From Octopus sinensis (Eukaryota), in NCBI RefSeq assembly GCF_006345805.1, contig NC_043015.1, positions 16,740,001 through 16,804,000 of the forward strand: DNA of 64,000 nucleotides, read 5' to 3'. Position numbers and translations under genes: made by a program. The notes beneath the pieces were generated by a model, which saw nothing but the letters and a program-made list of their open reading frames with translations, did not search any database and was not told where the DNA came from. This document shows, piece by piece, positions 47,186-60,600 of this stretch. The number at the start of each line of letters is the position of its first letter. Within the stretch, counting starts at the first letter, position 1.

Positions 47186-47545
47186 CTAAAAGGATACAAA
47201 AATTACACATAAACAGAGAACTTTTTTTCACACAAAACAGTGGACTGATTACTAGTCTCATTGCTATTGTCAAGTTGTTGTCTTACTATAGTCAGAAAGA
47301 AAGCAGCTAGATAAGATAAAATAAACAGTCAAAAAAGACAATGCATCGCTTTCATTTAGTTCAAACACTTGATTCATACTTCAATAATTTCAAGAAATTA
47401 CTAATTCATTGTATACTTTGCTTCAGCTTCCAGTTTAGAAGCTGTTGCATCAGACCAATGAAATTGGATTCAGAGAATCTAGAAACCAATTCAATGGAAG
47501 TCAAAATTCCAACCTTATAATTGTCATTGTCAATCTCAGATCATT

Positions 47546-48950
47546 TATCATCATCATCATTTAACATCCACATTTCCATGCTTGCTTGGGTCATATGGAA
47601 AACCTGGTTGGCCAGAGTTTGACCGGAGCTGGTAAGGCTAGGGGCTGCATCAGGCTCCACTGTCTGTTCTAGAATGGCTTCTACAGATGGATGCCCTTTC
47701 TAATGCCAACCATTCCACAGGGTGTACTGGGTGCTTTTGATGTGGCACCAGCATGAATGCTTTTTGTGTGGCACAAGCTCTGATATCAATTTTGCTCTGG
47801 TGGACAGGTCTTCTTGAATACAGCAATGTGCTAGATATCACAGGCCTTTGTCATCCCCTTCATAAGCTTCAATGTCTTAAAGCCTTCAATACTTCATCCC
47901 ATGTCTTTCTTGGTCTCTCTCTTCCACAAGTTCCATCCACTTAAAGTGATTGGCACTTCTGTATGCAACTGTCTACATTCATATGCAACAAATGACCATA
48001 TCATTGCAGTCTTTTCTCTTGCACACTGCTTCTAATTTCTCTTATGCCCAACTTTTCCCTCAAACACTAGCACTCTGTTGCACATGTACACAGGCATTGC
48101 ACATCCAGTGGAGCATACTAGCTTCATTCCTTTCTAGTCATTCAGGGTTCACATCTCACTATCTTGTAGTATTGCTGTTTGTATACATGCATCATACAAT
48201 CTTCCGTTCACAAGGAGAAAAGACCTTTGGTTACCAACAGAGGTAAAAACTTGATCCTATTTTTATTCTAGTGATTACACTTTCTGTATATCTTCCCCTA
48301 CAACTAATTAGGTCTCCTAGATAGCAGAAACTGTCCATTACCTCTAAATAGCCTCTGAAGCATTTAAGAAAATCAATTTCCCAAGTATCTGTTGTTTATA
48401 TGGCTCCTGTGCATCTTCCATATACAAACACTGCCTTCTCTGATAACCTTCCTATTATTTCACTGCACTTTGTGTGTCCATAGCTTGCACTGAGAACACC
48501 ATATGGAATTCCTGCCTACACCTTTTCTACATATTGAACAGGGCATTTACCTGATGGGGGAAGGGTGCTGTTCATTTTCTTGCTTACTAGAATCCTAGTC
48601 TTTGCTAAGTTAATCTTAAGGCCCTTTGATTCCAGGTTTTGCTTCCACACCTGGAATTTCTTTTCTAGCTCTGATATAGAATCTGCTATGAGAGCAAGAT
48701 TGTCAGCACATAGTAGTTTCCAAGCATGATGAATGGGAGGGGATTGAGAAACAAACCTTAATGAATGCCTACCTCTACCCTAAATTCATCACCTCTGTAC
48801 ATGGTTTGTAGAACTTTCACAAGCAGCTCATTTACCCCTAACTTTCTCAGAGCCCACCATATCACACAGCGGGGTCTTCTGTCAAAAGCTTTCTCTAAGT
48901 CAACAAAAGCCATGCATAATGGTTTATTTTTGGCTAAATACTTCTCCTGA
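47546..48950 (-). mobile_element. Older RTE LINE copy
   Basis: (CAT)n tail near 47546; homologous to 5023-6540; FQEKYLAKNKPLCMAFVDLEKAFD at ~48880-48950. Confidence 0.85.
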
Positions 48951-49557
48951 AATCTCTCTCTCTCTTTCTCTCGATATATATATATATATATATATACAGC
49001 TGAAGTTGTCTGCATGTGTTTGTGCGTGTGTGTGTGGCAGGTTTGGTAGCCTTCAACTAACACTATCTCCTACGAGACCCTGCGGTGCAAGTTGACCAAA
49101 ATTGAGAGTATGATAGAAGGCTTGCTCTTCATTCCGTAGAAGAAAAAAATTCAAATCAGACCATGTTAACACCAAAAACTATTTACATCAAAAAGGTGCT
49201 TTTTTTCTATGAAAATCCCAATTTTTTACGATTTTTTTGACTGCTGTGTGCTTTTTCTTAATGAATACTGTTGCAGTGTTAATTTATTAATAGATTTTCA
49301 GTGCAGTTCAAAACTTGAGCTTCATTTTGCTTTAAATCTACAGGTATTTTTTTTCTCCATAATGTTAACAGAAGGAATATTGACCAACAATACCTACAAC
49401 TGAAGTCGGCGTTACACATTTGCAGCACATTCAGAGCAAACTCAAGCATCGCCACACTATACTTTTATTCATAGATTGAAACTATGTCAAAACTGATATT
49501 AAGAGGTACAAGAGGAATGAAAACTGATATCTCTGCATGCTTATATGGATGGCATCT

Positions 49558-51090
49558 AGCTAAAACCAAAGTCCTAATATGTAGGAAGGCAGGCAAACCA
49601 CAAATCCCTTCAAGTAGATGGCTCTGCTCAATCTGTAGTAGAGGCGTAGGTAGAAACTCTATAAGATGTAGCCTGTGTAAGCTACGGACACATAAAAGGT
49701 GTAGTAATATCAAAGGGAGGCTAACTGGGAAGAAAGTTTTTGTATGTGGCAGATGCTTGGGAGCAATAAACACTGAAAATGTGCAGAGACCAACTTCCAC
49801 CTCATTCCAGGGAGAAAAACTAGAAGTAGTTGATAGCTTCCATTACCTAGGGGACCAAGTCAGTAGCGGAGGTGGGTGCGCTGAAAGTGTAGCTGCTAGA
49901 ATAAGAATAGCTTGGGCAAAGTTCAGAGAGCTCTTACCTCTGCTGGCAACAAAGGGCCTCTCGCTCAGAGTAAGAGGTAGACTGTATGACGCTTGTGTAC
50001 AAACAGCCATGCTACATGGAAGTGAAACATGGGCTGTGACTGCTGAGGACATGCGTAAACTCGCAAGGAATGAAGCCAGTATGATCCGATGGATGTATAA
50101 TGTCAGTGTGCATACTCAACTGAGTGTAAGTACCTTGAGAGAAAAGTTGGACCTAAGAAGCATCAGATGTGGTGTGCAAGAGAGACGATTGTGCTGGTAT
50201 GGTCATGTGGCAAGAATGGACGAGGACAGCTGTGTGAAAAAGTGCCACATCCTAGCAGTTGAGGGAACCTGTGGAAGAGGTAGACCAAGGAAGACCTGGG
50301 ATGAAGTGGTGAAGCACGACCTTCGAACTTTAGGCCTCACCAAGGAAATGACTAGTGACCCAGCCTTTTGGAAATATGCCATGCGTGAGAAGACCCAGCC
50401 AACCATATTCTCATGGCCTATGCCAGGGGTGTAACCAGCCCACTTGTGCGTAACCTTTTCCTTCTTTGGACACTAAAACTCTAATTGCGAAGACCTGTTG
50501 AGGCAAGTGAAATCAAATCAATCAAAAGCAAAATCAAAATCAAATTTGATAACTGGAGTCCGTGCTAGCAGGTTGCAAAAAGCACCATACGAGCATGATC
50601 ATTGACAGAGTGGCTAACCGGCTTCCATGCCAGTGGCACTCAAAGGGCACCATTCGAGCGTGATCGTTACCAGCGTCGCCTTACTGGCTTCCGTGCCCGT
50701 GCTAGTAGGGTGCCAAGAGCATCATCCGAGCGTCATTGATGCCAGAGCAGCCAACTGGCTTCCGTGCCAGTGACACATAAAAGGGCACCATTCGAGCGTG
50801 ATCATTACCAAAGTCGCCTTACTGGCACTTGTGCTGGGGGCATGTGTAAAAGGATTCGAGGGAGATCATTGCCAGTACCGCCTGACTGGCCCCCGTGCCA
50901 GTGACACGTAAAAAGTACCCACTACACCCTCAGAGTGGTTGGCGTTAGGAAGGGAATTCAGCTGTAGAAACTCTGCCAAATCAAGATTGGAGCCTGGTGC
51001 AGCCATCTGGTTCGCCAGCCCTCACTCAAAATCGTCCAACCCATGCTAGCATGGAAAACGGATGTTAAACGATGATGATGATGATGATGA
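49558..51090 (+). mobile_element. 5'-truncated RTE LINE with PHD finger, repetitive 3' UTR and (GAT)n tail
   Basis: ORF 49484-50434 (element-derived from LAKTK onward) is about 80-85% identical by eye to 5607-6503. Confidence 0.93.
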
Positions 51091-51431
51091 TTAGTGGAAA
51101 CAAAGAGTGAAGCAAAACGTCTCCTCCCACAGTTGAATGAGCTATTCCATAATATTCAACATCCAAAGATTACAGAAAACTCTGACACATGCAAGCATGA
51201 AAAATAAGACATTCAAATGATGATGCTTATATTATATGTTGTAGAAGTTCTTTTATAACCATTGTACATAAAGTCACAATACAGAATAGATATATTATAT
51301 TTGACTTCCAAATGGTTTAAGTGTCCCAGGCTCGTATTCTATAAGCATATTCACCAACATTTCTACATGCCAGAAAACATTAGATGAGAGTTTACATTCA
51401 CTCTATTTATCATACCTTGCAGTATCAAATT

Positions 51432-51531
51432 NNNNNNNNNNNNNNNNNNNNNNNNNNNNNNNNNNNNNNNNNNNNNNNNNNNNNNNNNNNNNNNNNNNNN
51501 NNNNNNNNNNNNNNNNNNNNNNNNNNNNNNN
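51432..51531. other. Assembly gap (100 N placeholder)
   Basis: Run of N; true size unknown. Expected to hold HADHA exons for the first ~150 aa and the shared promoter. Confidence 0.99.
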
Positions 51532-51607
51532 CTTGCAAAAACAATGAAAAGAGGAAACAGGTCGGGAACTTAGCTGATGTTTTTTCATCCTGCGGTAGCG
51601 AGTGAAG
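51532..51607 (+). other. HADHB: Probable first exon / 5' region of HADHB, abutting the gap
   Basis: Non-repetitive CpG-containing stretch ending in a strong donor gaag|gtgaga at 51607/51608, followed by a (GA)n tract; in the right position and orientation for HADHB exon 1. Confidence 0.5.
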
Positions 51608-51804
51608 GTGAGATATATACCGAGAGAGAGAGAGAGACAGTGAAAACAGAGGGAGAACCGACACCACATAGCGAGAGAGAGAATTGGGAGATGAGGTTTT
51701 AGGCGGCAGAAAGAAGACAGGATTGAGATGAATGCTTTGCGGTGGTGTGAATAAGTTTTTGTGAGTGAAAGTTTTTATGCTTCAGCTAGCATTTGAGACG
51801 AAAG

Positions 51805-51859
51805 ATATATATATATGCATAGGTATGTGTATATATATATATATATATATATGCATAGG

Positions 51860-51909
<50 letters not shown>

Positions 51910-52016
51910 TAGGTATATATATATATATATATGCATAGGTATATGTATATATATATATATGCATAGGTATATGTATATATATATATATAGCATAGGTATA
52001 TATATATATGCATAGG

Positions 52017-52054
<38 letters not shown>

Positions 52055-52102
52055 GCATAGGTATATGTATATATATATATATATATTATATATATGCATA
52101 GG

Positions 52103-52133
<31 letters not shown>

Positions 52134-52140
52134 GCATAGG

Positions 52141-52181
<41 letters not shown>

Positions 52182-52341
52182 CATAGGTATATGTATATAT
52201 ATATATATATATATGCATAGGTATATATATATATATATATATGCATAGGTATATGTATATATATATATGCATAGGTATGTATATATATATATATATATAT
52301 ATGCATAGGTATGTGTATATATATATATATATATGCATAGG

Positions 52342-52374
<33 letters not shown>

Positions 52375-52455
52375 GCATAGGTATGTGTATGTATATATAT
52401 ATATATATATATGCATAGGTATGTGTATGTATATATATATATATATATATAGTAT

Positions 52456-52488
<33 letters not shown>

Positions 52489-52500
52489 GCATGTATGTAT
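51805..52500. repeat. Minisatellite of atgcataggtat(g/a)t cores separated by variable (AT)n, about 18 units
   Basis: Direct inspection; in the presumed first intron of HADHB. Confidence 0.93.
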
Positions 52501-55234
52501 TTAATGCAGTGAATTAGAAAATGGAGAAAACCACAGATTAACCAACACATAGTGTTGGACTACATTGATAGCTTAGTTTTTAATACAAAGCACCTCATAA
52601 CAAAATAGGTGATGTAACATATCTTATGGACATTACTACTGAGATTGCCAAAATGCATTCTATACATAAATGTGAGAAGAATATTTTTCATCTTCATAGG
52701 GCATCTGAATTAAGGTAACGGATCTTCATCAGAGTGCTACTTATTTTTGCCAGCTGAGTGGATGGGAGCAACTTGAAATGAAGTGTTTTGCTCAAGAACA
52801 CAATGTGTCGCTCATTCTTGTTATTGGCCTTCATTGGTTTAGATATTTCCTTATGACACTGCTTGTATGACAGTGACACACATTTAGAACTACAATGTGA
52901 AATTTAGACAAGGAGAAACAAACACACGCACATACAGTAAGCATTCTGTTGCTATTTACCAAATCCACTCATAAGTGGAAGATACTTGCCAAATGTATCA
53001 TGCAATGGGACCCAACCAGGAACCATGGAAAGCAATCTTCTCAGCTACACACCTAGATATATATATATGGTGGACTCCTTCAGATAGTTCAGTGCCCTCT
53101 TTTACAGTCTTCTCTAATCTGCATCCCTGTAAAGCGATTCACTTAGCAGCTGTCTTAGCCTATTGAGCTACTTTGGTGAAACCTACAGGCTAAAGAGTGG
53201 GCTCAGGTTACCCTGACTGACTTTCACCTTAAAACTACTAAGTGCAGGAAGAAAGGCTCTGCAGTGTCAAGAATTGGTTTACATAATCACATGAGGTTGT
53301 GCTACACTTCCTCATGATCTTCTGATACAAATAAACTACCATCATGCTATATATTTATACATAACATATACACACACACACATACATTATAGACATGTGT
53401 ATGTGTATATGTACACACATATACAGAAATATAGATTTTTATATAATGCTCTCACTCATGTGTATGAAGCTTCTTCTACTTGACCAGTTTTTATTTTATT
53501 TTTCTACCTAAGATTTTTGTAGCAAACATGATAGGTCCTTGTTTTAAGTCATATGTTTAATTCTAGTTTATGCCACTCTCAATATCATTCCATTTTCATT
53601 ATCATCACTTTCATCTTGTGATTGGCTAGAAGTCAAAATTTGTGCTGGATATTCTTATTGAGGAAATTCCTGTTTGAGGTATATTGTATGTGTATGCATG
53701 CACACCGGATAACAGCTGAGTCTAGGAGAGAGAAAGAATTAAAGTATTTGGAGAGCTGTTGTGTAAACCAGGATGTTAGCATTGTTTGTGTAGGAGGATG
53801 TGAGAACAAATTTTTGTACATTCATGATATGTTGAGAGAGTGAGATGAAATGAAATTGTCCTTGCTGTAGGATGAGAGATAGTTTGATTCATATTAGTGA
53901 AGGAGTTTGAGAGTTGTTTAAAGTCTTTGTTGCAGATGTTCAGGTGAGACAGGAACCAAAATTCCATTGAAGTCATGCATTTCAGGTCCAGATTTTATCT
54001 CTTAGATTAATTAATACAGAGGCTACTGTAGATAACGTATGTATATAGAATGTTATCTGAACATTAAATGGAGTGCTGTTTGTTTGTGTGTGTGTAAAAA
54101 AAACATTTGTAGTGTAATAATCTAAATACCAGTTTAGATATTTAGATCACTAGAATGAAGTCTATATGTCGTCACATTGTTTGAATGTCCTTTTTCCATG
54201 TTTGTATAGGTGGGGCAAATTTTCTAGTCCTTCAAACATGGAGAACACAATGATTGGACGTATTTTTATGAATGATTGCAAACAAACCACACCACTTGTA
54301 CGATAGTAACTTTGCAGTTTTAAGGCTTGGGGACATGAATATATAAATGCAGACTTTTTCAGTTTCCATCTACCAAACCTATTGATAAGGTTATGGGGGT
54401 TATAGTAACAGTCACTTCCCAACGTACTGCACAGCTTTATTGAACCTGAAACAACATGGTTGTAAAGTATACTTCTTAATGTGCAGCTATGCCTATACTG
54501 AAAATAATGAAGAATTTAATAAAATAACTTTGTCATTTGGCTGGTGTTTAGAGCATAAATTGTTTTAGTCATTAGACTGTGGCCATGCCCAAAGTGCCAT
54601 GCAGTGGGGCTAAATCCAGAACCATGTGGTTGAGAAGCAAGCTTCTTATAACACACCCACTCCTGATGGAAGGTTTTAATTGAGATTATTTTAAAACAGG
54701 AAGTTTGTATCCTAGAATTAGAGAAAGTCTCTAGCAGGTTGATTTCAAGAGTTAATGATAAATTCTTCATGTAGTGTATCTACTACAAGAGTTTTGATTC
54801 AATATCAGTACCATGATAATCAAGTTTTTCATTATTCAAAGGTCAGAATGATGGAGTACTATAGTTGCATTTGGATGGCCTTGGCATGTCTTTGAAGTGC
54901 AGCTGTTTCTATCAATTTTTATTTTCATGTATTGTACGGGCAATACACATAAAAGGGAAAAATGTTATGGGGGAAATAGCTTGCCTGATGCAGATTGTAA
55001 TTCCACATACAGAATTGTCAGTTGAGCCTTTTATCTGAATAGGCTGGTAATATATGTAATGTAGGGAATATGAAAAAAAAAACTAATTACAATTATTCTT
55101 TGTGGCATAAAATTTATTCTGTTATTAGTTGCCAATACATACCTGCTTTAAGTTCCTCAGAATCTATTAATTTACAATAAATAATTATAATTAAGGAATA
55201 ATAATATTGGTTATGATTAATACTATCTTTTAAC

Positions 55235-55560
55235 TTTTGTTTCAGTCATACTAGGGCACCATCTTGAAGAGTTATTTAGTTGAACACATTGACTTATATT
55301 TTTCTAAAAGCTTAGTTCTTATTCTATTATTCTTTTTTGTCAAACTGCTAAGTCACAGGGACGTAAACACACCGTCAGTTGTCAAGCGGTAGTGGTGATG
55401 GGGCAAGCACATATAAAAAGACACACACGCACATATATGATGGGCTTCTTTCAGTTTTTGTCAGCCCGAGGCTATAGTACTTGCCCAAGGTGCCACGCAG
55501 TGGGACTGAGCTGGGGAGTATCTGGTTGAACCAAGTTTCTTAACACACAGCTATGCCTAT
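55235..55560 (-). mobile_element. Near full-length tRNA-derived SINE
   Basis: Head (cttgcccaaggtgccacgcagtgggactgag on plus), body (gggcttctttcagtttt) and tail (ctaagtcacagggacgtaaacac). Confidence 0.75.
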
Positions 55561-57603
55561 GCCTATACTTTTATACTACTGTACATTTTTTTTTTTTTTT
55601 GCTACATAAGATTTGCCAGTGTTGGACTGTTAGTCTCATTCAACTTAGTTCTGTAAATAAAGGAGATGTAATTGATGAATGTTTCTGATGAGCTCAAATC
55701 TATCACTTTGCTACTAGAAGTAGATCTACTAATAGTAATGCAGAAACATGTTAGAGTTGATATGGCTTTCCCAGAAATAAGAATATATGACCAGACATAT
55801 TTTCATTGAAGACTGGAAACAGCCATCATTGCTTGCAAGATTGATGTTTGTTTACAGTCATTATATGATGTCAAGAATAAATGTGTGTGAATGAGTGAGT
55901 GAGTGAGTGAGAGAATTGTATTTGCAAAGAGAACATTGAGGTCAATGAACTGATCTGTGTAGTTACGTCATTACACTGTCTGGGAGCTAATCATGTTTTA
56001 CTACAGACATAGAGCTTTCTCTTTTATTACAACACTCTTCATAGTTAATTATTTCGATAAAGAGTAAATCTTGTTAATGATGTGAGTTTTAACATCTAAT
56101 TCTATGATTAAACCTAATTTTGCTTTGTTTTTCTTTCCCCCATAACTCGCCACATTTATTAAAAGTATTAGCAATGACTGCAGCAGCCATTGTGTGCTAG
56201 AGGAAGGGTGGGAGGGCACTCTCTTAATAACTACTTTTCTGTTGATTTAATGTCAAAATATAGGATGCAGTAAACTAGAAACTGCAGTGAAAAAAAATTT
56301 TACTTCAGAGTTACAAATATATTTTTTCTTTAACCTTATTTATTTCTGTCTCTTGTTCAGTCACATAAATGTAATTTTGTTATTTGTTTCAACAACTATT
56401 AGTTAAGTTACACAAATGATTTTTATTTGGCTGCTTTTCATACCAGCAGCTAATGAACCTTGAAAATGTAGTATCTAATTTTTTGGAAAAGCAAATTGAT
56501 GGCACTTAGACTCAGGTGCATTACCCATATGATACTGTATATTTGCAATCCCTACAGGTTGCTGTGAGCCAAGCATCATTTAATACTATCTTTTATATTC
56601 AAAATATCAGCCAATGAAAGGAGTAAAAGAGCAGTGTGCCTGAATAGAGAACTTTGGCCTTGATGACAGTCATGTGATTGAACAAGCTGACATTCTGTTA
56701 ATGTTTCTGATTGAGATATGTATGATAGTTGACTTCATCTTCATTTCTGATTGCATGTAAATCACAAGTTTATTGTGCCTGCAGATCCCAATTTTAGCCA
56801 ACCAGAACTCCTTCTTCATGTGTCAAGTTCTAGAATGTTCTTTCAGCAACAGCCTTATAAACAGCCATTTTTAGCATGAAAAGGAGACGGAATTTGGACA
56901 CCATTCATTATGGTCCGTGGTGAATTCTTCTCTCATAGCTGTTTTCATAGCTTCATACTCAAACCAATGTGATTTTCTTAATATGTTTTCATAGCTCTAT
57001 ACCAACTCGGAGATGGGTGAAGTATCAACACAGCCTTATGTTTTTGCAGTGATGTGAAGTATCAGTTTAATCATTAATTATCTGTGAAGACTTTCAGCAC
57101 CTGTGACATAACAATGCTACAAATAAAGTTGTTTGTACAGAGGAAAGAAACTGGCTCCTGTATTGACTAACTCTCGAGTCTATGAAATTGTACTTCTGGA
57201 TAAATTGTTTGGAGTAAAAGCATATAACTTACAACTTATGATTAGGTATTTTCATTGTTTATCCAACAAGCACAATGCTGTTTATTAAAGTTGGAGAATT
57301 ATTAGCAGTTACTGCCATTTATTTTGCTATCAGACTGATCAAAATTTGTGAAAATGTCAAACCATTGAGGTTATTCTCAATTACAGTAATCAGTACTGTG
57401 AATCTTTTCATCTGCTGACTTTTATTGATTAACTCTAATCCTAATTTTAAGGTGTCATGGGAAACTTAAGAAGTTGGTTTCTCTGGTCGGTAATCATATA
57501 ATTAGAAGGCTGAGTCTTTGAAAAATGATAGAGAAAGGAAGAGAAATCATTTTACTTCACTGTATAAAATAACAACTTTTGTCTTTTGTATCTCTCTTGA
57601 CAG

Positions 57604-57651
57604 GTGTTCGTTGTATCAGTGTATCGTTTGCTCACCAGAATGTTGCTCCAA
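57604..57651 (+). CDS. HADHB: HADHB exon ([15 protein letters not shown]), presequence-like
   Basis: 48 nt, pyrimidine tract + gacag| ... |gtaaga; phase 1 to 1. Confidence 0.75.
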
Positions 57652-60600
57652 GTAAGAAAGTTTTACATATTTAGTTGATTGTATGTATTATTATGCTTTA
57701 TGTAGCTGTTTTTCTTTATGCTGACTGCAAAAAGTGGGACTTTAAACTTAAATTTCAACTGTCTTCAGTGCTACTTTTGCTATAGCTGACATAGTTTTCA
57801 TGAATTACATTAGAACAAATTAACCGCTTGATAGTTATTTAGATTTAATCTCTTCAATTGGCATTCAAATTCCCATACTGCATAGTTGGGGAATCTAGAC
57901 AAATAATGTTTTAAATTTGAATCTTCCAAAATGTATTGTAGTGTGTATAAGTATGGTGTGATGTTAAATTATAAATCAATTCCTTTTTAACCCTTTAGCA
58001 TTCAGATTACTCTGTCAAACATATTGTTTATTTATTGAAATTGGTTTAAATTAATCATGTATTATCTCATAACTTCAAGATTTCAATAATGTGATTTTGT
58101 ATATTTTTAGAATGACATTGTATGGTAGGTGTGAAGGCCAAATCTGGTCAGCTTCATCATTAAACATGTAGAATATTTGGGCCTGATATGGCTGGTTTAA
58201 ATACTAAAGGGTTAATATGCAACTACTCTTTCCCTGGGTAAAAACAGTGCACTGAATATTACAGGGTAGACTTCAACATCGGAATTGTATTTGTTTGGCA
58301 AGAGATACACTGGAATAGATTACAGTAGCCAAGCCAAATATGTATGAGAAGAAACTAATATTATTATAAAATTAAACAGATGTAACTATAATGATAACAG
58401 TATGTCATAAGTGACTGTCATGATGCAACTTGAGCATTGTTGTATAAAAAAAAAATCCAGATGTTTAAATATCAATGTATTTAAAAGTTACAGGTGTAAA
58501 TGTAAAAACGCTGTTTATAACTGGTGCAAACATTGAGAAAATATCAGAATGGTCTACAGTATGCTAGGGATATGTCTAAATACACACTTGTAGTGGAGTA
58601 ATGTTCACCAATATTTATTATTTTCTCTTAGAAGTTTAGTACTTCTTAGGCAGATTTGTCATGAGGGCTAAGAGAAGTACTTTTATTCATTTCAAAGTTG
58701 TTAATGATAATTTTTATTTTGTAAGTTTTATATTTTTCCTTTTGTAGGTCGAAAAACTCTTTCAAAACCTGGTGTTCGGAATGTTGTATTAGTAGAAGGT
58801 GTCCGTATTCCATTTTTGACCTCAGGAACAACCTACGTTAACCTTATGCCTCATGATTTAGCTCGGAATGCATTGCTGTAAGTAAGCTGTATACAGCCAA
58901 ATAAATAAATAAAAATTAATTTCCTGAAATAGATCAAAGTACTACTAAATCTGAGATTTCTGCAGAAGGAAACTTTCATGTTTCCTCATCTAAAAGTTTC
59001 AAATGTCTAATTTCTAGTTTAGTCTTTTACACTGTTTGATGAAGTATTTGGTAAACTGCTGCTATTTTGTCATTTAATTGGATGAAGATTTTGTTATACT
59101 AATTATGTAAAGTATATAAGATTTGTCTGTAGCATAGGCACAAGACCCGAAAATTAGCCAAGAGGAGTTGGTCATTATCATGAAACCCAATACTTCACCG
59201 GTACTTTATTTTATCTACCTCAGATAAATAAAAGGCAAATTCTACAAGGCATTTTGGCCAATGCTCTAATGGTTTTGTCAATCCACTTTCCTTTAGGAAA
59301 AAAAAAAGTATTTTAGATCATTTTCTGAGAATTTCAGTCAACTTTTGGCTGCATATTTCTTATCTTAAAACCATAATTTGCTTTCTATTTTGAGAAAGTT
59401 TTCTTGAGTAAGGAGCCAGTATATTGATTTATTGGTAATCACTATACAGAAAGATACATTAATGAATATCCAATATAAAGAGTTTAATAGTAAAAAGTGA
59501 TTATATCAATGTATTCTGGGAGAGGAATATCTAAAATTTAAGATCAACCATTTTTCAAAGAATTCTTTTTTTTTAAATAAAAGTACCTGTTTGAAATATT
59601 AAATGTCCTTTACCCAGCATCCACATATTCTCTCCACACACTAATATCAAGAAGTTTTCTTGTGAATGTGACCTGAGCATTACTGTCAGCAGCAATTTGC
59701 ACTGGACAAAGCACATCTCTAAAATTGTCAAGAAGCCAAGGGCATCTTGGCATCACTCAGCAAGACGTTTGTCGGCCGCTCTCAGCTATCTATTTAAGGC
59801 TGTATATGGCTATGGTGTGGCCACATTTGGAATTTGCATCACCAGTCTGTAACCCCTATCTTGCTCAGGACATTGACCTCCTGGAAACTGTTCTGAGACA
59901 TGCAACCAAGCAAATACCCTCCATCAGGCATCTACCATACACTGAACTCCTTGCTTCCCTGGGCATAGATGTATTGAAGCTCCGACATCTGGGAAATGAC
60001 TTGGTAAACACCCACAAAATTATTAACCATCATACGAACAACCACCTTGAGCACTTTTTTGAGCTCCATATGTCTAACACATGTGGGTATGTCTACAAAG
60101 TCAGAAAAAGCACAGCTCCCATGACTTTCAGAAACATTTTTTCACACTCAGAGTTGCTGAAGCATGGAACAAACTACCTGCATCAGTTGTTAGTTGCTGA
60201 GACATTGCATCCTTTAAAACCTGCATGCTTCCTGAAATTCGGCAACACTACACCTGATCCATTCGCATGCACACATGTCTATCATGACTCATACACTGTT
60301 CGCTTTCCTGACTTTTGTACATAACTCTATGTACTGTACATGCACCTTTCATGAGTTGTAGTGCACCTGAGCACTATACACAATAATTTCACTATTATTA
60401 TTGGACACCAACAAACTCTTATTTTTTAAATATAATTTTGCCAGTGGCTTCTATGAATTTTAGGGATTATTTCAATTATATTCAATTCTCCCAGAATATA
60501 TATTATTATAAAAATCATGTTTCCCTTCTGTTCATCACATGTTATTTCAATGATTTCATGAAACCAGACATTTTGTAGTTTTGAAAATGTTGCACTAGAA

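Noticed and set aside
49484-49557. N-terminal extension MSKLILRGTRG... of the RTE ORF
   Set aside because: Flanking DNA read through by chance; element homology starts at LAKTK.
51411-51431. Donor-like caag|gtatga on the minus strand at the gap edge as the next HADHA exon
   Set aside because: The required phase-0 frame has a stop and does not end in GGGLE.
51384-51669. ORFs containing X runs
   Set aside because: Artefacts of reading through the N gap.
57445-57490. Candidate HADHB ATG exon (MGNLRSWFLWS)
   Set aside because: Available donors give phase 0 or 2; the next exon needs phase 1.
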